NCBI GenBank assembly: GCA_964532285.1
Contig: CAZHHB010000001.1
Coordinates: forward strand, 77,916 to 141,915
Direction: 5' to 3'
DNA: 64,000 bases
Origin: an uncultured Candidatus Saccharibacteria bacterium
Lineage (GTDB): Bacteria > Patescibacteriota > Minisyncoccia > Phycocordibacterales > PALSA-1337
The notes beneath the pieces were generated by a model that ran no database searches, was not told the origin of the DNA, and saw nothing but the letters and a program-made list of their open reading frames with translations. Below are positions 1 to 7,099 of this stretch, in pieces. Position 1 is the stretch's first letter. Each line of letters opens with the position of its first letter. A program made the position numbers and the translations under genes.

Positions 1-25
1 GACCTCGAGGTCGAACCTCGAGCAC

Positions 26-430
26 TCACAAGATGATGTCCTCAATCCATTTTACTCGCGCCGTCCTCGTTCCCATATCCATATAAACACAAAGAACATG
101 AAAATGGAACTCCCTATCAAAACCATATTTACTTTCTTCAAAATAAGTTTCAATCATTCTACGAATATGTCGTGTTTTGAGTCCGTGAACATTGTCCTCT
201 GGTCTATGTGAATTTGTATCACCCGAAGATCTACCAGTAACACTTTTGACCTCAAAGAAATGAATTACTTTGTCCTTTTCGGCAATAATGTCTATTTCGC
301 CCCAAGCTTTTTGATAATTACGACAAATCACCCTGAATCCATTTTTGATCAGGAATTTACAGGCAATATCCTCACCCTTATTGCCTTTGGCGCGTTTATG
401 CATAACATTTTGAGTAATCTGATTGGACAT
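26..430 (-). CDS. YraN/UPF0102 family putative endonuclease
   Basis: The 134-aa ORF carries the motif GEDIA..FL...GF.I..RNYQ...GEIDIIA typical of UPF0102. An alternative start lies at Met10 (position 403). Confidence 0.6.
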   Translation of the reverse strand: MSNQITQNVMHKRAKGNKGEDIACKFLIKNGFRVICRNYQKAWGEIDIIAEKDKVIHFFEVKSVTGRSSGDTNSHRPEDNVHGLKTRHIRRMIETYFEESKYGFDREFHFHVLCVYMDMGTRTARVKWIEDIIL

Positions 431-621
431 AATTTATACACATTAAGGTCTGAAATCTACGCATTTAAGCCATTTTTCTTGTCTTTTATACCCCTAATCC
501 ACAGACTTATCCCCAGTTGTCCCTTACTTTTACGATTTCAAGCCGTTTCCTGGGGACATAATATCCACACCAAGAGACATTATTCATCTTTTTTGAAAAG
601 ATTGGCTTTTAAGATTAACGA

Positions 622-1251
622 CTATCCTAAATGAGCATGATCATTCCATGTACGCACCGACCATTTATTGGTTTCTTCTTCATACTCAAATGAAGTAATG
701 CCCGTATTGTTGGTCTTAATAGATCGTAACAGATCCAAACACACACTGGCAGAAAAATTATCTCCAGATACCACCCTACCGAATAAAACCCTCAAAAATA
801 GCCCATGCATAACGACCAAAATGTTATCTTCTTTCCTATTAACCAAGAAACTCAAGGCGGCTTCTGCTCTTTTGTTTAAATCATTGAAATTTTCTTCATC
901 AGAATGATGTACATTGTCCTTAGAGAAATTATCTATCACAATTCTATAAATTTCCTGCGATTCTTTACTGTCCTTTATTAATCCGATCTGTGCAGTTGGC
1001 CTACGGTTTTCAATAAACAGATCCGAATATTCAACCTTTATAGATATCTTCTCCGAAATTATCTCAGCAGTCTGCTTTGCACGATTGAGAGTGCTGGAAA
1101 TCAAACAGTTAATTGGTAAATTTGCACAACGCTCCGCGATAATCACAGCCTGTTCTATACCTTTTTCTGTGAGAGGCGAATCGGGCCCTTGAAATGACGG
1201 ACCAGCATTACCTTCGCTTTCCCCGTGGCGAACAAAAAATATATTCTTCAT
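622..1251 (-). CDS. histidine phosphatase family protein (phosphoglycerate mutase-like)
   Basis: The ORF is trimmed to the internal ATG at 1249-1251, giving MKNIFFVRHGESEGN, which matches the RHG phosphatase motif. The longer ORF would read through tRNA-Gly. The start codon lies 2 nt from the tRNA. Confidence 0.65.
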   Translation of the reverse strand: MKNIFFVRHGESEGNAGPSFQGPDSPLTEKGIEQAVIIAERCANLPINCLISSTLNRAKQTAEIISEKISIKVEYSDLFIENRRPTAQIGLIKDSKESQEIYRIVIDNFSKDNVHHSDEENFNDLNKRAEAALSFLVNRKEDNILVVMHGLFLRVLFGRVVSGDNFSASVCLDLLRSIKTNNTGITSFEYEEETNKWSVRTWNDHAHLG

Positions 1252-1253
1252 TG

Positions 1254-1324
1254 TGCGGGTAGGGAGAATCGAACTCCCACCTCGTCCTTGGCAAGGACGC
1301 GTCCTACCACTAAACGATACCCGC
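1254..1324 (-). tRNA. tRNA-Gly (anticodon GCC)
   Basis: The reverse complement folds as a cloverleaf: acceptor GCGGGTA/TACCCGC, anticodon loop TTGCCAA, T-arm GGGAG-TTCGATT-CTCCC. Confidence 0.8.
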
Positions 1325-1451
1325 ATATTCATCTAAAAACCAACTTTCGCTAGTATAGCTTATAGTTTTTTATTTTCCAAATTTTGTACACAAATAGTTT
1401 GCTAGTAGTATACGAGATTTGTGCCTGCACTTCGAAGCTTTGGTGTAGAAG

Positions 1452-1523
1452 TGCGCCCGGTAGGACTCGAACCTACAAAAATAGTTCCGAAGACTATTGT
1501 GATATCCATTTCACCACGGGCGC
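1452..1523 (-). tRNA. tRNA-Arg (anticodon TCG)
   Basis: The reverse complement gives acceptor GCGCCCG/CGGGCGC, D-stem GTGA/TCAC, anticodon stem ATAGT/ACTAT with loop CTTCGGA, T-arm GTAGG-TTCGAGT-CCTAC and a 4-nt variable loop. Confidence 0.7.
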
Positions 1524-1596
1524 GATTTGATCTTGATGGGCGTAACCCATCTTAACGCAAATTGGAAGAAACCCCAAACTGTTATAGAATGACTTG

Positions 1597-3084
1597 ATGA
1601 AGAAAACCGCCAACAATACTATTCCACAGGAAATAGTCACCGTTGTAGAAACTCTCGAAAAGGGCGGATTTCAGGCATATCTCGTAGGAGGATGTGTCCG
1701 AGACATATTCCTAGGCCGAACGCCCAAGGATTGGGACGCTACAACCAACGCAACGCCAGATCAGATACAGAAATTATTCCCCAAGACCGTGTACGAGAAT
1801 ACATTTGGCACAGTAATAGTCATAAATGAACAAACCGAAGACGAAACATTGAGAAATGTAGAGATAACTCCCTACCGAATGGAGTCTAGCTATTCAGATC
1901 GCCGTCATCCCGATCAAGTCAAATTTAGCGATAAGATTGAGGATGATCTAAAGAGACGAGATTTTACAATCAACGCCATCGCAATCAACCTCTCAAATGG
2001 CGCTATAAAGGACACAATTGACTTATACGGCGGTTTTACTGACATAAAGGACAAAACCATCAGAACTGTTGGTGACTCTGTTGAACGCTTCTCTGAGGAC
2101 GCCCTACGCATGATCCGCGCCATCAGATTGGCTGTGGAATTAGGTTTCACGTGCAACAAAGAGACCTTCGCAGCCATAAAAAACCACAATTCAATGATAA
2201 AGGATGTTTCTATGGAGAGAATTCGTGACGAATTTGTGAAAATACTCATGTCCCCTGCCCCAAAACAAGGGATTGAACTGCTCCAAGAATCAGGAATACT
2301 CAAGTTTATAGCCCCAGAATTGGAAAAAGGTATGGGTGTGAAACAGCCACAAGCTCACGCTTATGATGTCTGGGAACACCTATTGAGGAGTTTACAGCAT
2401 GCCGCAGACAAGGAATGGCCCCTAGAAATAAGGCTTTCTGCCCTATTTCATGATATCGCCAAGCCACAGACTAGGGGGTTTTCTATTGAAACAAAACAAC
2501 CTACCTTCTATGGGCACGAAGTCGTTGGTTCACGTGAAACACGCAAGATACTAGAAAGAATGAAGTTTTCACGTGCAACCATTGAAAAGGTGGTTAAAAT
2601 GGTCCGTTGGCACATGTTCTTCTCTGATACTGGCATTGTCACGCTGTCAGCGGTCAGACGCATGATTGTTAACGTTGGCAGGGAAAACATCTGGGATCTC
2701 ATGAACCTCAGGATATGTGACCGTATCGGTACAGGCAGACCCAAAGAGAATCCTTATCGCCTAAGGAAATACAAATCGATGGTAGAGGAAGCTCTTCGAG
2801 ATCCGATCTCGGTATTAATGTTAAAGATTGATGGAAAGAAGATTATGGAAATAGGGAATATCCCCGCTGGCCCTAAAATTGGAATGGTCTTAAATGCTCT
2901 AATGGAAGAAGTTCTGGATGACACAAAACTAAATACTGAAGAATACCTATCCAGGAGAACCTTGGAGTTGCTAGCTCTGCCTGAGATGGAATTGGCTACA
3001 TTAGCAAGAAAAGGTAAGGAGAAAAAGGATCTTGAAGAGGAGAAGGGTATTGAAGAAATCAGAAACAAACACCATGTTTCATAA
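1597..3084 (+). CDS. cca: CCA-adding enzyme / tRNA nucleotidyltransferase with HD domain and C-terminal extension
   Basis: Contains the motifs GGCVRD..LG, DWD and RRDFTINA of the polymerase-beta nucleotidyltransferase head, followed by the HD motif LFHDIAKP. The ATG at 1597 follows an in-frame TTG at 1594. Confidence 0.8.
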   Translation: MKKTANNTIPQEIVTVVETLEKGGFQAYLVGGCVRDIFLGRTPKDWDATTNATPDQIQKLFPKTVYENTFGTVIVINEQTEDETLRNVEITPYRMESSYSDRRHPDQVKFSDKIEDDLKRRDFTINAIAINLSNGAIKDTIDLYGGFTDIKDKTIRTVGDSVERFSEDALRMIRAIRLAVELGFTCNKETFAAIKNHNSMIKDVSMERIRDEFVKILMSPAPKQGIELLQESGILKFIAPELEKGMGVKQPQAHAYDVWEHLLRSLQHAADKEWPLEIRLSALFHDIAKPQTRGFSIETKQPTFYGHEVVGSRETRKILERMKFSRATIEKVVKMVRWHMFFSDTGIVTLSAVRRMIVNVGRENIWDLMNLRICDRIGTGRPKENPYRLRKYKSMVEEALRDPISVLMLKIDGKKIMEIGNIPAGPKIGMVLNALMEEVLDDTKLNTEEYLSRRTLELLALPEMELATLARKGKEKKDLEEEKGIEEIRNKHHVS

Positions 3085-3092
3085 GATCTTAT

Positions 3093-3122
3093 GCCGAAGG
3101 TACCGAGCGTAGCGAAATGTCC
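3093..3122 (+). repeat. degenerate third copy of the 29-nt upstream motif found at xerC and pcrA
   Basis: gccgaaggtaccgagcgtagcgaaatgtcc matches gtcgaagacactgagcgtagcgaagtgtta at about 24 of 30 positions. The GTGTC/GACAC palindrome is lost and no gene follows. Confidence 0.4.
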
Positions 3123-3229
3123 TATATAAACTAAAAGACATTACTATTAGAAAGTTATCCACAGTATGTCCTTTACATCATGTCCTATAAGACATAGAAT
3201 AGTTGCAGACCAGTTTGTCATCCGAGGTG

Positions 3230-3297
3230 ATTGCAGAATAATGTTCCTGAAAATATTTTCATAAAAATTATTTTATTCGGAAATATTATTCTGCAAT
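3230..3297. repeat. long imperfect hairpin in a convergent intergenic region
   Basis: The arms attgcagaataatgttcc and ggaaatattattctgcaat flank an AT-rich palindromic loop. Confidence 0.45.
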
Positions 3298-3643
3298 CGC
3301 GACAGACACAGTTCTTTCCACAACAGGGTAGGCTCAATGCTCCTCTAGTTCGTTGTTGAAGTAAGCGGAAATATTTTTTCCAATCCTTCCATTGCTTGGG
3401 AATAATGACGGTGCAACTTGTCTCAATCACATATCAGTTCTCCTCCGGAGAACAAATTAATTTTAGACAACAGTGCCCATCGTCACCCACCAAAGAAATA
3501 GGAATGGTCTGGATTGATCAGATTCGATCTTTGGATCTGACGGTTCGTTTGTTCTTTCATTTTCGCTCGACTTCGAAGGCCGCGGTATGTACTTCTTTCT
3601 GAATTACCTCTACGCGGTTTTTCTTTTACTTGAAATAAAGTAT

Positions 3644-3803
3644 CGTAAAGTGGAACATTCCATGACGACACCCCTTTCGGAGCGCTGCTGAAGACCAACT
3701 CCGCATATTAATGACACCAGCGCGAGAAGAGACGGCCATGCGAGGTGTTCCGTTGTACGAGCAGGGCCGATCGTGGGTTCGGAATGGAATGTTCCACTTT
3801 ACG
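3644..3803. repeat. MITE-like element with a perfect 20-bp terminal inverted repeat and a ~120-bp GC-rich core
   Basis: cgtaaagtggaacattccat at 3644-3663 is the exact reverse complement of atggaatgttccactttacg at 3784-3803. The right arm abuts the xthA stop codon. Confidence 0.6.
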
Positions 3804-3815
3804 GCACTATTTAAT

Positions 3816-4586
3816 CTAATCGGTAATCACCAGTTCAATCGGACAGTGATCCGACCCCATTACATTATCCAAAATCCTTGTCTTCTCAATCTTTTTCATA
3901 ATTCCAGGAGACACAAAGAAATAATCTATCCTCCAGCCGACATTGCGTTCGCGAGCGTATGTTTTCATATCCCAATATGTGTATTTGTCTTTCAAGTTTG
4001 GGTAGAAATACCTGAAAACATCTATATAGCCAGCATTCACCACTTCATCTAACCAAGCCCGCTCAATAGGGAGGAATCCCGTATTATCTTCATTTTCTTT
4101 CGGTCTAGCTAGATCAATCTCTGTGTGCGCGGTATTTACATCTCCACAAAAGATGACTTCACGCCCTTCTTTTCTTAATTTATTAATATATTTCAAAAAC
4201 TCATCATAGTATCTAAGTTTGAAAGCCAAACGATCCGGACCGCCGCCACCATTGGGGAAATAGACTGTAATCAAGACAAATTCTTTGAAAAAGAGGGCTA
4301 GGAAACGACCCTCTTGATCAAATTCTTCAATACCCATGCCATATTCAACTTTCTCTGGCTTGACCTTGGAATACACAGCCACTCCACTGTATCCTTTGCG
4401 ACCTTTTGAGTGGTCGAAATAAGAAAAATATCCTGGGGGATTACGCACACCTTCCTCCAACTGTTCTGCTTCAGCTTTTACCTCCTGAATGCAATAAATG
4501 TCAGGGGATTCATTTAAGAACCAATCAAAACAACCCTTTTTCACATTGGCGCGGAGACCGTTTACATTCCAAGAGATGATGCGCAT
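3816..4586 (-). CDS. xthA: exodeoxyribonuclease III
   Basis: Starts MRIISWNVNGLRA and contains DIYCIQEVK and a C-terminal ..SDHCP, the EEP-nuclease signature. Confidence 0.85.
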   Translation of the reverse strand: MRIISWNVNGLRANVKKGCFDWFLNESPDIYCIQEVKAEAEQLEEGVRNPPGYFSYFDHSKGRKGYSGVAVYSKVKPEKVEYGMGIEEFDQEGRFLALFFKEFVLITVYFPNGGGGPDRLAFKLRYYDEFLKYINKLRKEGREVIFCGDVNTAHTEIDLARPKENEDNTGFLPIERAWLDEVVNAGYIDVFRYFYPNLKDKYTYWDMKTYARERNVGWRIDYFFVSPGIMKKIEKTRILDNVMGSDHCPIELVITD

Positions 4587-4603
4587 GGGGACATTATAAC
4601 TCT

Positions 4604-5536
4604 TTATCTCTTTTTGTCATGAAACTGTTTATGGACTCTTTTTAGCTCGCTATCTGTAATGTGAGTATATATTTGAGTTGTACCAATATTTGCATGACCC
4701 AGAAGCATCTGAACAGAGCGAAGATCGGCACCATTACCGAGTAGGTCTGTCGCAAAACAATGGCGAATTATATGCGGAGTAACCTTCTTGGAAATACCGG
4801 CCTTGATAGCATAGTACTTTATGATTCTCTCAATTGAGCGGGAGGTTAGTCCCGGATCGTCATTCATTTTCCTATCATCTCCGGCAATCTTTGCGAAGAG
4901 GGAATCTCCCATATCAACACGCTTATCAAGATATCTTCTCAAGGAAGACTTGGCGGTGTCGGAAATGAAAACTACGCGAACCTTGTCACCTTTTCCGCGG
5001 ACAGAGAGTTCATCGCCATGCAAATCTATATCACGAGGCAGGGAACAGAGCTCGGAGACGCGCAGACCAGTAGAAAAGAGTAATTCCAGAATAGCTTTGT
5101 CTCGAAGAGCCTTCAATTCACTACCTTTCGGAGCTTCTAGCAATCTTTTCAATTCATCCGAGCTGATGAGGTCTATGTGCCGTTCGCCAACCTTGGCAAG
5201 CTCTATATGTTCTGGCGAGAGGGTGCTGACATTCCTTCTGGCTAGATACTTCAGGAATGCTCGAAGAGAAATGAGATAATAATTCTGTGTTTTCTTCTTT
5301 AATGTAGTACCTACATCATTGCCACCGCGATTCCTGCCTGAAGATTGACGATTGAGCCAAAGACGAAACTCGCGAACAGTGTCTGGGGTTATAGCAGAAG
5401 GACTATCGCTCTTCAAAAAACCCAAAAAGCGAGTCAGATAATGGTCATAATTCTCAACAGTTTTGAGAGATCGTCCTTTTTCTATTTCAATATACTCTAA
5501 AAATTGCTGTTTTAGGGTTTTGAGATTGTGCGACAT
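4604..5536 (-). CDS. tyrosine site-specific recombinase XerC/XerD-like
   Basis: The C-terminus HIIRHCFATDLL..GADLRSVQMLLGHANIGTTQIYTHI carries the R..H-R-Y catalytic residues. The start is trimmed to the ATG at 5536 because the upstream 14 codons are the conserved 29-nt motif read from a GTG. Confidence 0.8.
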   Translation of the reverse strand: MSHNLKTLKQQFLEYIEIEKGRSLKTVENYDHYLTRFLGFLKSDSPSAITPDTVREFRLWLNRQSSGRNRGGNDVGTTLKKKTQNYYLISLRAFLKYLARRNVSTLSPEHIELAKVGERHIDLISSDELKRLLEAPKGSELKALRDKAILELLFSTGLRVSELCSLPRDIDLHGDELSVRGKGDKVRVVFISDTAKSSLRRYLDKRVDMGDSLFAKIAGDDRKMNDDPGLTSRSIERIIKYYAIKAGISKKVTPHIIRHCFATDLLGNGADLRSVQMLLGHANIGTTQIYTHITDSELKRVHKQFHDKKR

Positions 5537-5549
5537 GGCTTTATTGTAA

Positions 5550-5578
5550 CACTTCGCTACGCTCAGTGTCTTCGACAC
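5550..5578 (-). promoter_or_regulatory. conserved 29-nt motif 13 nt upstream of the xerC start codon
   Basis: In gene orientation it reads GTGTCGAAGACACTGAGCGTAGCGAAGTG. It contains the palindrome GTGTC-N3-GACAC. A copy with one mismatch lies 14 nt upstream of pcrA. Confidence 0.5.
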
Positions 5579-5659
5579 CCAGTGACAAGGTCCCTCCTTC
5601 GCTCACTGCTACGCATGAGCTACGGCGGGCAATGCCGACCTTGCTACCCTCGAAAATAC

Positions 5660-5688
5660 TTGACAATTCCTGCAGGTATGCTAGGATA
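5660..5688 (+). promoter_or_regulatory. sigma70-like promoter, copy 1 of a duplicated promoter
   Basis: TTGACA, a 17-nt spacer ending aggtatgc, then TAGGAT. The other copy at 42219-42246 is almost identical (cttgacaa-N8-aggtatgcta). Confidence 0.5.
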
Positions 5689-5800
5689 CATGCAGAGTGA
5701 CCTATGAACAGTCTAGATTCGCCCGAAACCCCTGTGGGGATTAGGGGGATTAAGCGATAGGTCACATGGCAAAACAATGCAAAAACAAAGAAAGGCACAA

Positions 5801-5914
5801 ATGAAAGATCCTTCGAAAAAGAAACACATTTCCAAGAAAGTCGCGGAATTGAGCTGCAATCATTCGGCCTGCCACGCCGGCGCCGGCACCTTCAACGTTA
5901 TTCTTAACGTTTGA
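5801..5914 (+). CDS. possible 37-aa small protein MKDPSKKKHISKKVAELSCNHSACHAGAGTFNVILNV
   Basis: Lies downstream of the duplicated promoter, with an AAAGAAAGG Shine-Dalgarno-like sequence 7 nt before the ATG. It sits in an orphan GC-rich segment and is followed by a hairpin. It was not in the ORF track because it is shorter than 60 aa. Confidence 0.25.
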   Translation: MKDPSKKKHISKKVAELSCNHSACHAGAGTFNVILNV

Positions 5915-6041
5915 CCCCGGCTTCTCCTGGCCCAGCCCATCACCCTAAGCAAACGAAAGCGTTTGCGGGGTGGTGGGCTTTAATCTATATTCAATGGCGA
6001 ATACTTGCGTCTGCGTATCATTCATGCTAATATACTAAATC

Positions 6042-6308
6042 ATGTTAACAGCCAGACAAAAGACCAAGATTATCAAGGAAACGGGTATTCACGACAAGGA
6101 TAGCGGCTCTCCGGAAGTCCAGGTCGCCCTTTTGACCAAGAAAATTGAGGAATTGACTGGTCATCTACGCAAACATCGCAAAGACAACCACTCTCGCCGT
6201 GGTTTACTCGGTATGGTTGCAGACAGACAGACTCATTTGAATTATCTCAAGAAAAACTATCCTAGACGCTATTCTGCTATAATAAAGAAGTTGGAACTCA
6301 AGAAGTAA
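6042..6308 (+). CDS. rpsO: 30S ribosomal protein S15
   Basis: 88 aa carrying the S15 signature ...[22 protein letters not shown]...L.YL. Confidence 0.9.
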   Translation: MLTARQKTKIIKETGIHDKDSGSPEVQVALLTKKIEELTGHLRKHRKDNHSRRGLLGMVADRQTHLNYLKKNYPRRYSAIIKKLELKK

Positions 6309-6370
6309 TCTCGCACATTACAATTCAATCATTTTTAATAAATTAATCGGTACTTAACGTACTTATTTTC

Positions 6371-6892
6371 ATGTCAGTAATCAAACATCAAGAACAGCGT
6401 GTCGGTGTTTTCATAGACGCGCAAAACTTATATCATAGTGGGAAAAACCTATATCATTCCAAAGTAAATTTCGGTCAAATAGTAAAAGATGCCGTAGATG
6501 GACGCAAACTCGTCCGTGCTATCGCTTATGTTATATCTACAGAATCAGGTGAGGAAAGCGCCTTTTTCGACGCACTCACCAAGATGGGTATAGAAACCAA
6601 GGTCAAAGATCTGCAAATATTCAGTTCCGGCGCCAAAAAAGCGGATTGGGATGTTGGTATGGCTATAGATGCTGTACGCTTGGCTCCGAAATTGGATGCC
6701 ATCATTCTCCTCACTGGCGATGGTGACTTCGTACCACTGGTGGAATATCTACAGATGAATCTCGGGTGCCAGGTTGAAGTCGTATCATTCGGCAAGTCCA
6801 CTTCAGCGAAACTCATAGAAGCTACTGACCATTTCATGGACCTGGATGAGACACCTAATAAATATTTACTTAGATCGGGAGGGAAGAAGTAG
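6371..6892 (+). CDS. NYN/LabA-like (PIN-like) domain protein
   Basis: Contains VGVFIDAQNLYHS...AIAYV....LTGDGDF.PLVEYLQ, the NYN-domain acidic motifs. It is inserted between rpsO and pnp. Confidence 0.7.
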   Translation: MSVIKHQEQRVGVFIDAQNLYHSGKNLYHSKVNFGQIVKDAVDGRKLVRAIAYVISTESGEESAFFDALTKMGIETKVKDLQIFSSGAKKADWDVGMAIDAVRLAPKLDAIILLTGDGDFVPLVEYLQMNLGCQVEVVSFGKSTSAKLIEATDHFMDLDETPNKYLLRSGGKK

Positions 6893-7099
6893 GATAGTGA
6901 ATAGATCTGATCTTGGTATAAAATTTAAGTCTATGTTACTCTGACGGTATACCAAGATCGGATCTTGATATATTACAAACTAATTTCGCCTCCAGATAGG
7001 CAGGTTTGTCCGTCTACATCATTCAATGACGGATCAAGTCTGAAATCTGAGGGCGAAAACGGTTGACCAAGATCGGATCTTGGTCAAACCGAAAATATT
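6893..7099 (+). promoter_or_regulatory. pnp leader carrying three related palindromes (ccaagatcNgatcttgg)
   Basis: The perfect 25-nt palindrome ttgaccaagatcggatcttggtcaa lies at 7065-7089. Partial copies lie at about 6902-6918 and 6948-6968. Confidence 0.45.

Noticed and set aside
260-634. Antisense ORFs within annotated genes, for example 260-634, 1914-2303, 2508-3068, 6526-6837, 7459-8079, 12098-12793, 22375-22913 and 44984-45518.
   Set aside because: These are shadow ORFs on the opposite strand of well-supported genes. They have low-complexity or skewed composition and lack start context.
5700-6040. The possibility that the orphan GC-rich block is RNase P RNA, tmRNA, SRP RNA or 6S RNA.
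   Set aside because: I looked for the P4 GGAAAGUCCGG / ACAGAA..GGCUUA motifs, the tmRNA tRNA-like ends and tag ORF, and the SRP domain IV motif by eye and found none. It is left as an unassigned candidate RNA or small-ORF region.
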